A stretch of DNA of 64,000 nt, taken from assembly GCA_012839815.1 (NCBI GenBank), contig DUMQ01000058.1:63-64062 (forward strand). The letters are read 5' to 3'. The translations under genes were made by a program, and so were the position numbers. How positions within the stretch are numbered: position 1 is the stretch's first letter; every line of letters starts with the position of its first letter. This document shows, piece by piece, positions 29,415-39,157 of the stretch. This DNA is from Bacillota bacterium (GTDB taxonomy: Bacteria; Bacillota; SHA-98; Ch115; JABLXJ01). Below the pieces are notes generated by a model. It made no database searches and was not told the DNA's origin. It was given only the letters and a program-made list of their open reading frames with translations.

Positions 29415-29674
29415 TTCTATATAACCTCCTATATAGCCTCCCTGGATTCCTTCGTTCATTCTTGCCTCTTTGGGCCTCGCATCCCTCCGGGATGCCCATA
29501 CCTCACATACCTCACGGTAAGATTGTACCATACAACATACGTCCTGGCAAGCCAAGTGCTGGCCTGCATGGCGCTGGCTGCACTGCACCCATTGGCTGGT
29601 TGGCTGGGCGGCGCGCCTCTCTTCGCCCGGCCGACGCGCCTGCCAAACCATCGTATAACGTAACCAGGCCCGCG

Positions 29675-30295
29675 TCACCTGAGCGCATATTCGGCCAGGA
29701 CGGAATAAACGGGCCCCTGCGGCCTCAGCTTGCTCTCCATGAGCAACACCCTGGATACATCCATGGAGCCGACCTCCACTCCCCGACCGCCACGGCCAAC
29801 GCCGCCGGGACCGCCAGGACCGCTAGGACCGCCGGGGCTCAGGCCCTCGATAGCCTCAGAGAGCGCATGAAGGTTTCGCCCGGACCGCACCCTCCCGATG
29901 GTGAGATGCGGGGTGAACCCTTTGTCCTCGCGAGCGAATCCCACCCCTGCAAGTGCATCGTCAACAGCGGCCGCCAGGTCGTGCAGGTGAGAATGGCCTC
30001 TCTCCACCCCAATCCATATGACGCGCGGCTGTCTCGTATTTGGAAATGCGCCGACCCCCGAAAATGAGAGCTCGAATCCAGACCTATTACGGGTGGCGCC
30101 CTCCATGGCGGCCTTTACCGGATCGAGCTTCGCCCGCGGCGTTTCGCCGAGAAACTTCAATGTAAGATGCAAATTGGGTCCCGGTACCCATTTAACGTCG
30201 GCGCCGCACCGCGCCAGTTCTTCCTCTATCTCCAGAATCCTACCCCTTAACCCCGGGGCAACTTCGATCGCAACAAATAACCGTAGAGCATCCAA
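29675..30295 (-). CDS. thpR: RNA 2',3'-cyclic phosphodiesterase ThpR/LigT (2H family) with a Gly/Pro-rich insertion
   Basis: Two H-x-T-x motifs ([15 protein letters not shown]) are present. There is an inserted [19 protein letters not shown] segment. Confidence 0.8.
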   Translation of the reverse strand: MDALRLFVAIEVAPGLRGRILEIEEELARCGADVKWVPGPNLHLTLKFLGETPRAKLDPVKAAMEGATRNRSGFELSFSGVGAFPNTRQPRVIWIGVERGHSHLHDLAAAVDDALAGVGFAREDKGFTPHLTIGRVRSGRNLHALSEAIEGLSPGGPSGPGGPGGVGRGGRGVEVGSMDVSRVLLMESKLRPQGPVYSVLAEYALR

Positions 30296-30394
30296 CCCTC
30301 GACACCTCGCTTGAAGCTCGATTTAGGCTCCGGGGTACATAATTCGCTGCGGTTCTATATTTTCCTGCTTTTACCATAGAAACCATTGTAATTA

Positions 30395-31915
30395 TCATCC
30401 TGCCCGGCCAGAATCAGGCGAAGGGGGAGACTCAGAGCCAGGTTGCGGCTCGATGACCCGCCTCTCCAGGACAAATCCCCCATCCACGCTGGACAGGGTG
30501 ATCGTGTCAACCGCAACGAGCTTGGCCCCAGGATAGTCTTCCTGCCGTCGCGATATGTGCAGGAGCGCCAGGGATAACGGGAGCGGCTTCTCGTCCTGAA
30601 GTCCTCGCACGCCCGCCCCGCCGGTTGTGCCGGCATCGACCACTACCGTCCCGTCCTTAACCTCCACCTTCAGCTTGTGATCGTGGCCGTAAAGAATTAC
30701 GGGCACGCGGCCGGTAAACGGCTCAGCTACCCTATAATCATGGGTCACGAAGATCGTGGGTCGAGCCCCTGAACCCTCCAGGAGCCTTTGTGCCCCGGCC
30801 CTTGCCCTTCCAACCTCTTCATCCGAAGCGGGAGCCATCTCGTCTCTATGGGAGCCCGGGTCATCGACACCAGCGATGGCGATGCCGCGTACGATCACCT
30901 TCCGCCCTCCAACCATGACCGCATTGGGATATTGGGCGATTGTTCTCAAGACGATGGGTGAATCATGATTCCCGCCTACAAAGACGTAGGGCACCCCGAG
31001 ATCGCGAATGAAACCAGTCAAGGCAGCCTCCAACCCCGTCCCGTAATCAGTGATGTCCCCCGTGTCTATCACGAGGTCGACGCGGAAGCTCTCTATAACC
31101 TTTTCAATGAAGCCGATAGCCGCCGGATTGTTGTGGATATCCGATACATGCAGGACCCTGATTACCTGCTCGCTCCCTCTTACCGGCCTCAGTGACTCCG
31201 CGCGGTTGAAGAGGGTGGAGAGGTTGGCGGCAAATGCCTCCGTACTCGCCCTTATTTCTCCGACCTTTGCAACGCTCTTATCCAGTATCGCCAGCATCCA
31301 GGGCGCAGCCTCAATGATGCCCTGATATTCAGGCTTCCTGAAGGCATCCGGGTCATATGTCAGCCACGTGGCTGAGAGCAAGAGGGAGACGACAACCAAC
31401 CCTGTAAGCCCGCCCGAGAGGAGGCCACGTGCGAGCTCCCGGGAAAGCGCCCCACGGACTAGATAGACCCCAAAGGCGCCGCCCAGGGCTCCGAGGATTA
31501 AAAGCCTTGTAATAAACCTAATTATGAGATCGCGTCCTGCACTCCGGAAGATGTCCGAAAAGCGAGAGAAATCTCCTGAGACCGCGAACCGGGACTGGAG
31601 AAAGGCTGGATCAACCTCCTTGAGCGTAAGGGTGAGCCTCAAGGGAGCGAGGTGAGTCCTAGCCTGCACCCGACCTATTGGGGGAATGGCGAGACGGCTG
31701 ATACCGGGCGCGCCCGGCGGAACCACCCTTGCTGCTACCTCAATCCGGAGACCCTCTACATCATAGGGCATCCTCCCAAGCTGGTTGATAAAGACAATCG
31801 TACCAAAAAGGGCCATAAGAATGGGGAGGGTCCATTTGAGACGTCTAAAATAGCGCAGGGCATCCCTCATCATCCTCCAATATCCTCCCCTCTCACAAAA
31901 CCCGTGTCCCATCAC
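30395..31915 (-). CDS. Membrane-anchored calcineurin-like metallophosphoesterase
   Basis: A polytopic N-terminal domain of about 250 aa is followed by an MPP domain (VLHVSDIHNN, DTGDITDYG, GGNHD, GHDHK). Confidence 0.7.
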   Translation of the reverse strand: MMGHGFCERGGYWRMMRDALRYFRRLKWTLPILMALFGTIVFINQLGRMPYDVEGLRIEVAARVVPPGAPGISRLAIPPIGRVQARTHLAPLRLTLTLKEVDPAFLQSRFAVSGDFSRFSDIFRSAGRDLIIRFITRLLILGALGGAFGVYLVRGALSRELARGLLSGGLTGLVVVSLLLSATWLTYDPDAFRKPEYQGIIEAAPWMLAILDKSVAKVGEIRASTEAFAANLSTLFNRAESLRPVRGSEQVIRVLHVSDIHNNPAAIGFIEKVIESFRVDLVIDTGDITDYGTGLEAALTGFIRDLGVPYVFVGGNHDSPIVLRTIAQYPNAVMVGGRKVIVRGIAIAGVDDPGSHRDEMAPASDEEVGRARAGAQRLLEGSGARPTIFVTHDYRVAEPFTGRVPVILYGHDHKLKVEVKDGTVVVDAGTTGGAGVRGLQDEKPLPLSLALLHISRRQEDYPGAKLVAVDTITLSSVDGGFVLERRVIEPQPGSESPPSPDSGRAG

Positions 31916-31920
31916 AATAT

Positions 31921-33165
31921 TCAGTGCCAGAGCAGATACAACCGCAGCATATTAAGCGCCTGTTTCGCTGCGCGCTCTCGCACCTCGTCCCGTTCCCCCG
32001 GGAAAATCGACCGGCATGACCATGCGGATGAACCGGATACAAGTGCCATATATACAAGCCCCACGGGCTTACTGGCGCTTCCGCCGCCCGGCCCGGCTAT
32101 GCCCGTTATGCTGAGGCCAACATCGGCCTCCCCGACCCTCCTGGCCCCGCGAGCCATCGCCAGGGCTGTCTCCCTGCTTACGGCGCCGAATCTCTTGAGC
32201 ACATCCTCTTCAACGCCGAGGAGCCTGGCCTTGGACATATTGCTGTAGCTCACGACTCCAAGCAAGAAGGACTCAGATATTCCCGGGATCGAGGTGAGCC
32301 AGCTCGAAAGGAGCCCTCCCGTGCACGACTCCGCCACTGCAAGCCGGACTCGTTTCTCCAGGAGCAGCCTCGCCACGGCCGTTTCAAGTCTGTCATCGTC
32401 GGCGCCATAGACGAGATCCCCAAGTCTCTCCCTCAATTCTCTTTCGACCCTGCCGATCAAGCCGGCGGCCTCATCCTCGCTGGATGCCTTGGCGGTGATC
32501 CTGAGAAGCACCTCGCCTGTATACGCAAGCGGGGCTATGGTGGGATTGGTCTGAGTCCTCAGGATATCCTTCACCATATCCTCCACGGCGGACTCGCCCA
32601 TACCTGATACCTTGAGTATCCTCGACTTGATCACCGACCGCCTGTCACCCATCTTTTGCATAAGGTATGGAATAACGGCGTCCTCCATCATGGCCTTCAT
32701 CTCGCGCGGCACCCCAGGGAGACATATGATGGTCTTGCCATTCTTCTCTACAAGAACGCCAGGGGCCGTCCCCCGATGATTGGGGATCGGCCGGGCCGAG
32801 CGCGGCAGCAGCGCCTGCCTGATGTTTGATTCGACCATCTCCCTCCCGCGCTCGGCAAAGAACGCCTTTATGCGTTCAAGAGAGCCTTCATCCAGGACCA
32901 TATCCTCACCCAGCACGGATGCCACGACATCCTTTGTCAGGTCATCATCGGTCGGGCCCAGACCCCCCGTGATTATCACCAGATCGGAGCGCCTCAGGGC
33001 ATCCGACAGCTCCGCCTCGATCCTCCGGGCGTTGTCACCGACGGAGGATTTGTGGAAGACATCCACGCCTATATCCGCAAGCCTTGTGGCAATATATGCG
33101 GAATTGGTATCGACTACGTGTCCGAGCAGGAGTTCGGTTCCCACGGTAATTATCTCGGCTTTCAT
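31921..33165 (-). CDS. cinA: Competence/damage-inducible protein CinA (MoCF-binding plus CinA C-terminal domain)
   Basis: MKAEIITVGTELLLGHVVDTNSAYIA and a C-terminal CinA/NMN-deamidase domain are present. It is upstream of recA, as in Firmicutes. Confidence 0.9.
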   Translation of the reverse strand: MKAEIITVGTELLLGHVVDTNSAYIATRLADIGVDVFHKSSVGDNARRIEAELSDALRRSDLVIITGGLGPTDDDLTKDVVASVLGEDMVLDEGSLERIKAFFAERGREMVESNIRQALLPRSARPIPNHRGTAPGVLVEKNGKTIICLPGVPREMKAMMEDAVIPYLMQKMGDRRSVIKSRILKVSGMGESAVEDMVKDILRTQTNPTIAPLAYTGEVLLRITAKASSEDEAAGLIGRVERELRERLGDLVYGADDDRLETAVARLLLEKRVRLAVAESCTGGLLSSWLTSIPGISESFLLGVVSYSNMSKARLLGVEEDVLKRFGAVSRETALAMARGARRVGEADVGLSITGIAGPGGGSASKPVGLVYMALVSGSSAWSCRSIFPGERDEVRERAAKQALNMLRLYLLWH

Positions 33166-33212
33166 CGACAGTAGCTCCTCCCCGTCAAGTTAGTGCAAGT
33201 TAGCGCGCTTGC

Positions 33213-34745
33213 TCAAGCGCTTTGGGCCACGCGCGATAGCGCCGGTACCTTATTCAACGAGGATGCGAGGATCGCCCTCATCTCGTCCCCTTCGATTTTT
33301 TCGCTTTCTATAAGCACAGCGGCGATCTCGTTGAGAGCCCCGCGAGCCTCTTCCAGTATCCGCTTTACCCGCTTTTCCTGTTCAGATATTATGTCTTTTG
33401 TGGCCTCATAAAGAACAGACCTAGGCAGCTCATCAACCTTGACGATCCCCAGCCTTGACATGCCGGATGCGATCATCTTGCGGGCCTCACCGACAGCTTG
33501 CTCAAAATCGGCGGCAGCGCCTGTGCTTCGATTGCCACAGGCGAGCTCCTCTGCCAGCGCCCCGGCCAGGAGGATGGCTATCTGATCTTCAAGGTAGTCC
33601 TTGGTATAAATATAGCGGTCATCCACCTCAGACTGTCGCATATACCCGAGGGCCCGCCCCCGCGAAGTCACGGTTACCGTCGAAACGGAATTAGGCCTCA
33701 GGCTCTCGCTAACGATGGCGTGGCCGGCCTCATGGTGCGCAATCCTGGACAGCTCATCGCGGCTTGGGCGCCGGTCCAGTTTCTCGCCCATTATGACCTT
33801 ATCCATGGCCTCCTTGAACTCCGCCTTGCCAATTACGTCCCTGCCCTCACGCATGGCGAGGATCGCGGCCTCGTTAACAAGGCTCTCCAGATGAGCCCCT
33901 GAAAAGCCGAAGGCATCCCTGGCGATCTCCTCGAGATCCACGTCCGGAGCCAGCGGCTTTCCGCGGGCGTGAATCCTCAAGATATGGAGCCTCCCGATCT
34001 TATCGGGGAGATCCACCCGCACGACCCGGTCAAACCTGCCAGGCCTCGTCAGGGCCGGATCCAGGAGATCGGCCCTGTTTGTAGCCCCTATAACAAGAAC
34101 CCTTATATCTCCGTTGGAGTCTATACCATCCATCTCAACAAGCAACTGATTGAGGGTTTGATCATACTCCATATGGCTGCTGTGCTTCCCTCGTTTCCCG
34201 CCCAGGACCTCGATCTCATCAATAAACACTATCGCGCCCGGCTTCCCGCATTTCCTGGCCAGCGCGCGAGCCTTCTTAAATAGCTGCCGGACCCTCTGAG
34301 CTCCAACGCCGGCATACATCTCGATGAATTCGGATCCTGATGCGGCAACAAAAACGGAATCCGTATAGCTGGCAGCCGCCTTGGCAAGCAGGGTCTTCCC
34401 CGTGCCGGGCGGGCCGGTGAGTAGTATCCCCTTGAGGGGACGGATCCCCAGGTGCCTCGTGGCCTCGATATTCCGCATGAAATCCAGCGCCTCAATAAGC
34501 TCACGCTTGGCCGTCTCCTGCCCGCCTATATCATTGAAGGTAATCAGGTTCATGCCCTGGACGGCCTCGACAGCCCCCAGCAACGAAAACCTCTTTCCTA
34601 TCCCGTTTATGCCGTTGCCAGCCTGAAGGAAATAGAAGAGAAAAACTATGCCTCCCAAAATAAAAAGCGGGCTTAGATCATATCCGCTCACTATTAGATG
34701 TATGAGGCCGGCTAGGCCGACGCCTATACCGATCTCTCTAAGCAT
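33213..34745 (-). CDS. Short FtsH-family AAA+ zinc metalloprotease paralog
   Basis: It has two N-terminal TMs, an AAA module (GPPGTGKT, DEIE) and an M41 peptidase HEAGHA zinc motif. At 510 aa it is shorter than canonical FtsH. Confidence 0.8.
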   Translation of the reverse strand: MLREIGIGVGLAGLIHLIVSGYDLSPLFILGGIVFLFYFLQAGNGINGIGKRFSLLGAVEAVQGMNLITFNDIGGQETAKRELIEALDFMRNIEATRHLGIRPLKGILLTGPPGTGKTLLAKAAASYTDSVFVAASGSEFIEMYAGVGAQRVRQLFKKARALARKCGKPGAIVFIDEIEVLGGKRGKHSSHMEYDQTLNQLLVEMDGIDSNGDIRVLVIGATNRADLLDPALTRPGRFDRVVRVDLPDKIGRLHILRIHARGKPLAPDVDLEEIARDAFGFSGAHLESLVNEAAILAMREGRDVIGKAEFKEAMDKVIMGEKLDRRPSRDELSRIAHHEAGHAIVSESLRPNSVSTVTVTSRGRALGYMRQSEVDDRYIYTKDYLEDQIAILLAGALAEELACGNRSTGAAADFEQAVGEARKMIASGMSRLGIVKVDELPRSVLYEATKDIISEQEKRVKRILEEARGALNEIAAVLIESEKIEGDEMRAILASSLNKVPALSRVAQSA

Positions 34746-34862
34746 GCCGAGCTCCCTTCCCTCTTCAGGTTTACATAATAATGTCCTCTACATTATATCA
34801 TAAGCCAGCTCGGCAATCCAGAAAGACCGGCTGTAAATCCCTGGAATGCATAGACCCCACTT

Positions 34863-35450
34863 TTACCACGGACCGGCACCTGCGCCACCGGTCCCTCCTC
34901 CTGGCACGGGTCCCGGCGCGGGGGCAGCGGGCTGGGCGAGCCCTCGAGGCACGATCTCATAAAGGTAGGCCCGGCCCTTGTGGAGCTGGAGATAAACGTT
35001 GTCCCCGTCAACACGCACCCTGTACCTGTCCAACCGGGCTATTCGAGCTTCGGCATCAACCAGCCTGGCCATATTCTGAAAACTCCCGGTGAAGATAGCC
35101 TCATATATGGCGAAGTGTACGCGATAGTACACATTCTCAAGCTCCCTCGTCCGGGTATCCTTGATCACAATGGTCTTCAGTCTGTCGCCCATTATGGCGC
35201 GGGCACCATCCCTGAGTTCAAGATAGGTCGCGCGGAGGTCGTCTACCTCGTCCAGGGTAATGTCAAGCTCAAACCCCTCCTTACTCTCCGTTACGGAATA
35301 CGACTTGACGACGCGGGAACCCCGGAGGAACTCATTTAGAGGCTTTTCAACCTGCGCCTTGAAGGCCAGATACTTCATTCCCATTATAGCGCCGAGGGTT
35401 ATGGCAAAGGCGGCAACAATAACGGAGATATTCAGGCCCCTGTACTTCAA
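34863..35450 (-). CDS. Hypothetical membrane-anchored protein
   Basis: It has an N-terminal TM (LNISVIVAAFAITLGAIMGM) and a Gly/Pro-rich tail. No family was recognised. Confidence 0.45.
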   Translation of the reverse strand: MKYRGLNISVIVAAFAITLGAIMGMKYLAFKAQVEKPLNEFLRGSRVVKSYSVTESKEGFELDITLDEVDDLRATYLELRDGARAIMGDRLKTIVIKDTRTRELENVYYRVHFAIYEAIFTGSFQNMARLVDAEARIARLDRYRVRVDGDNVYLQLHKGRAYLYEIVPRGLAQPAAPAPGPVPGGGTGGAGAGPW

Positions 35451-35465
35451 AGCCTCACCACCTCC

Positions 35466-36155
35466 TCACGCACGCACGCGCGGGACGCCCACCGCCTCCT
35501 GCCCCAGTGGCCCCAGCGCCCTTCTGAGGTCCTCCACAGCCTTCGAAGGCGAATCCGCGCCGAATATCGCCTGCCCCGCCACGAGAACATTGGCCCCGGC
35601 CTTAACTACAAGCGGCGCCGTGTCGTTTGCAATCCCGCCATCGACTTCAATATCGATGTTCCTCCCCGACCGCTCGACCATGGCGCGCGCGCGAGCAATC
35701 CTATCCAGCGAACTCTTTATAAATTCCTGCCCGCCGAAGCCCGGATTCACAGTCATTATCAGTATCATATCCACGAGATCGAGCACATCCTCAATGAAAC
35801 ATAACGGGGTGGCGGGATTGAGGGCAACGCCCACCTTCACTCCGCTCTCGGCCACCATATTCAACGCCCTGTTCAGGTGGGTGGTCGCTTCGACGTGGAT
35901 CGTCAGGATATCGGCCCCGGCATCCGCAAACTGGCGGATGTAATTCTCCGGCCTCTCGATCATGAGATGAACGTCCATCGGGAGGCCGGTCCTTGGACGC
36001 AGGCACCTCACCACCGGCGGCCCGATGGTTATGTTGGGCACGAAATGGCCATCCATAATATCGACATGGAGGAGGTCAGCATTCTTCACCGAGGCTACCT
36101 CCTCAGCAAGGATGGAGAAATCACTGGAAAGAATCGAAGGTGCTATCTTTATCAA
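35466..36155 (-). CDS. rpe: Ribulose-phosphate 3-epimerase
   Basis: IKIAPSILSSDF...HVDIMDGHFVPNIT identify Rpe. The TTG start follows AAGGGAGGG and overlaps the rsgA 3' end. Confidence 0.88.
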   Translation of the reverse strand: MIKIAPSILSSDFSILAEEVASVKNADLLHVDIMDGHFVPNITIGPPVVRCLRPRTGLPMDVHLMIERPENYIRQFADAGADILTIHVEATTHLNRALNMVAESGVKVGVALNPATPLCFIEDVLDLVDMILIMTVNPGFGGQEFIKSSLDRIARARAMVERSGRNIDIEVDGGIANDTAPLVVKAGANVLVAGQAIFGADSPSKAVEDLRRALGPLGQEAVGVPRVRA

Positions 36156-37134
36156 TACTGCGGCCCTCCCTTTGTAATCTTGCAAGATGGGTTACCTCAT
36201 ATAGGAACTCCAGATAATGATTATATCTGGTCTCGTGTATCTCGCCCCTCGCTACAGCCTCCTTGACAGCGCACTGGGGCTCACGGTCATGCATACAACC
36301 TGTAAACCTGCATTGCCCGACAAAGCGGCGTATCTCGGGGAAAAACAAGCCCAGCTCTTCGGGGGCGATCCCGCCCAGGCTGACACGGCTGAAGCCGGGG
36401 GTATCGGCCACCAGACCTCCCGAGTCAAGCTGTAATAGCTCGACGTGGCGCGTCGTGTGTCTCCCCCTCTCAAGTTTCCGGCTCGTCTCTCCCGTTTTGA
36501 GGCGGAAACCTGGCTGGACGGCGTTGAGAAGGGCGGATTTCCCCACGCCTGACGCGCCAGCAAAGACCGACACCCTCCCCGCAAGGGCCCTCGAAAGCCG
36601 CCTGATTCCGGCGCCCGCCTTCGCGCTTGTCTTGAGCACACGATACCCTGCAGCCCTGTAGGGACGGGATATCTTATCCGCCCTGTATGATGTAACCAGG
36701 TCGACCTTATTAAAACAGATGAGGATCTCCAGCGACTCGCTCTCCGCGATGGCAAGAAGCCTGTCAATCAACTTGAAGTCGGGGTCCGGGTTTGAAACAG
36801 CGCTCACGATAACGGCCTGGTCCACGTTGGCGACAGGCGGCCGGACCAGCCTGGTCTTGCGCGGGAGCACTTCTTCTATAACGCCCCGGAGACTGTCGAC
36901 CTCTGAAAAGCGAACCCTGTCGCCAACCAGGATCTCCTTTTTTTCCTTCTTCAAGCGGCCGCGCACGGTGCACTCGACAACCCTGTCCCCTGCCCGCACG
37001 TAAAAGTAACCCCCGTAGGCCTTTACAACCATACCCTCCGGCGCCGGCCCCGGGCTGCCCGAGTCGCTACACGAGTTACTAACAGGTTGCTGAACAAGCT
37101 GTCGTTCTCTGGCAGGCTCTCGCTTTGGACTCAT
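36121..37134 (-). CDS. rsgA: Ribosome small-subunit-dependent GTPase RsgA (YloQ/EngC)
   Basis: It has an OB fold, a circularly permuted GTPase (GASGVGKSALLN, DTPGF) and a C-terminal zinc-finger Cys cluster. The start may be the internal ATG near 37032. Confidence 0.88.
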   Translation of the reverse strand: MSPKREPARERQLVQQPVSNSCSDSGSPGPAPEGMVVKAYGGYFYVRAGDRVVECTVRGRLKKEKKEILVGDRVRFSEVDSLRGVIEEVLPRKTRLVRPPVANVDQAVIVSAVSNPDPDFKLIDRLLAIAESESLEILICFNKVDLVTSYRADKISRPYRAAGYRVLKTSAKAGAGIRRLSRALAGRVSVFAGASGVGKSALLNAVQPGFRLKTGETSRKLERGRHTTRHVELLQLDSGGLVADTPGFSRVSLGGIAPEELGLFFPEIRRFVGQCRFTGCMHDREPQCAVKEAVARGEIHETRYNHYLEFLYEVTHLARLQREGRSIDKDSTFDSFQ

Positions 37135-37140
37135 GCTCCC

Positions 37141-39150
37141 CTAATCCTTCTTGACCCACTCATCCCTGTAAATAATACCGTCAATATAGACCCTTATGCG
37201 TATTCTCCGGCCGTAGCCGACCACCTTTTGCTCGACCTTCTCCCCCGGGGAATGCATGCCCCTGTAGACCTCCCGCTCGCCATAGTAGTCATTTACTACT
37301 ATTCTGAGCTCCTGCAGCTCACGGCCGGAAGGGATCGTGGCCGACACCACCGTGACCGTAGGTATCTGGGCATCGCTCTCACCCGTACCTTGATCGCCCT
37401 GGTCTTGAACCCCCTGATTCAGATTGACACCCGGCCCGGCACCCGGCGCGAGGCCCGTACTTACTACAAAATCCACGGCCGTATCCTTATCGACCTCGGC
37501 GCCCGCAGGCGGGTACTGGCTGATGATCAACCCCCGACCCAGGCGATCATTGGGCTCCCGGTCAACCCTGCCCGTGACAAGCCCAAGACTCTTGAGCATG
37601 TTTGTAGCATCATCGAGGCTCCTGCCTACGAAATCAGGAACCACGATCTTAGCAGGCTCGGGGCCTTTGCTTACTACCACATCCACCGGGATATGCTTCT
37701 CAACCCTGGTCCCCGCCTCCGGCGACTGGCTTACGACCCTTCCCTCAGGGACATCAGGGCTGAAATCCTCCTGCTGCGACCCCAGTGATAGCTCCAGATT
37801 CTCAAGCTTCAATTCGGCCTCTCTTATAGATAACCCCTTGAGATCCGGAACTTCGACCATCTCCTTGCCAAGGCTCACAACGACGTAAACCTTGCCATTC
37901 ATCTTGACCTTCTCTGCAGCCCGGGGCCTTTGGGATATTATGCGCCCCGCTTCTACCTCGTCATCGTAGCGTTTCTCCGTGTCATCGAGGCGTATCTTCG
38001 CCTCGGCTGCCAGCGCCCGCGCCTCATCAACGGTCTTGCCGACAAAATTGGGGACCTGCACATCCTGGACGTAAAGCCACTCCGGGATCTTGACCGCCCC
38101 CAGTACACCCAGGGATATCATGGAGATCACGACAACTAAAGCCCAGATAATGGCGTTCAGGCCCCTCCTATCTACCTTCCTCGCCTTACCCTTCCGCGAA
38201 ATAGCCTGAGCACCTCCTCGTGACACTGGCTGGCTTCCGAGACCCTCGCCTCGCCTCAGCTCCTGGGTGGTCATAACCTGGGTCGGGAGGTCCTCCGCCA
38301 TAACACCGTCCGGGATCAGGACGGGTGAGCCGTTGAGCCCGATGAAGCGCTCAAGATCGGCCGCCATGTCCGACGCGCTTGCGTAACGCCTCGATGGATC
38401 TTTTTCAAGAGCCTTCAAGACTATTCTCTCAAGACCCGCAGGGATCTCGGGGTTTAGAGAGCGCGGTGGATCCGGCTTCTCCTGAAGGTGCTTCAAGGCT
38501 ATGGAGATCGGACTTTCCCCCCTGAATGGGACCCTGCCCGTTAGCATCTCATACGTAACGATGCCCAGGGAATATATATCAGAGGCAACGCCAACGGAGG
38601 CACCCTTGGCTTGCTCAGGGGAGAAGTAGCTCACGGTCCCTATAACGATGCCCGTCTCCGTCAGGGTCGCCGTACTCGTCGCCCGCGCAATGCCAAAATC
38701 TGCCACCTTGACCATGCCATTCTCCGTAACCAAGATATTATGGGGCTTGATATCCCTGTGAATTATATTGTTACGATGCGCATGGTCAAGGGCCTCAGCT
38801 ATCTGAAAAGCAATCCAGGCCGCGCGCGGCGGCGCAAGGGGCCCCGCCTGTCGGATTATGTCCTTCAGGCTCTTGCCCCTTACATACTCCATGACTATAT
38901 AATACCTGTCCCCGTCCTGGCCAACGTCGTAAATGCTTACGATATTCGGGTGGGAAAGGCCTGCCGCGGCCTGGGCCTCCCGTCTGAACCTCTCGACGAA
39001 TTCCTCATCATTGACATATTGAGGACGCAGCACCTTCACGGCAACCGTCCTGTTCAGGAGGGTGCACTGGGCCTTGTAGACGACAGCCATGCCGCCCTCG
39101 CCGATCTTCTCAAGGATATTATATCTATTACCCAGCATTTCGCCGACCAC
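37141..39150 (-). CDS. prkC: Ser/Thr protein kinase with PASTA repeats (PknB/PrkC)
   Basis: The Hanks kinase motifs GEGGMAVVYKA, HRDIKPHN and DFGIA are present. It has a TM and at least three PASTA repeats (VPNFVGKTVDEARAL..., VPDLKGLSIREAELKL..., VPDFVGRSLDDATNML...). Confidence 0.92.
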   Translation of the reverse strand: MVGEMLGNRYNILEKIGEGGMAVVYKAQCTLLNRTVAVKVLRPQYVNDEEFVERFRREAQAAAGLSHPNIVSIYDVGQDGDRYYIVMEYVRGKSLKDIIRQAGPLAPPRAAWIAFQIAEALDHAHRNNIIHRDIKPHNILVTENGMVKVADFGIARATSTATLTETGIVIGTVSYFSPEQAKGASVGVASDIYSLGIVTYEMLTGRVPFRGESPISIALKHLQEKPDPPRSLNPEIPAGLERIVLKALEKDPSRRYASASDMAADLERFIGLNGSPVLIPDGVMAEDLPTQVMTTQELRRGEGLGSQPVSRGGAQAISRKGKARKVDRRGLNAIIWALVVVISMISLGVLGAVKIPEWLYVQDVQVPNFVGKTVDEARALAAEAKIRLDDTEKRYDDEVEAGRIISQRPRAAEKVKMNGKVYVVVSLGKEMVEVPDLKGLSIREAELKLENLELSLGSQQEDFSPDVPEGRVVSQSPEAGTRVEKHIPVDVVVSKGPEPAKIVVPDFVGRSLDDATNMLKSLGLVTGRVDREPNDRLGRGLIISQYPPAGAEVDKDTAVDFVVSTGLAPGAGPGVNLNQGVQDQGDQGTGESDAQIPTVTVVSATIPSGRELQELRIVVNDYYGEREVYRGMHSPGEKVEQKVVGYGRRIRIRVYIDGIIYRDEWVKKD

Positions 39151-39157
39151 AGAAGGT

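Noticed and set aside
29376-29663. Plus-strand 95-aa ORF in the recA upstream region
   Set aside because: It overlaps the recA start and leader in antisense. It has no RBS and is probably non-coding.
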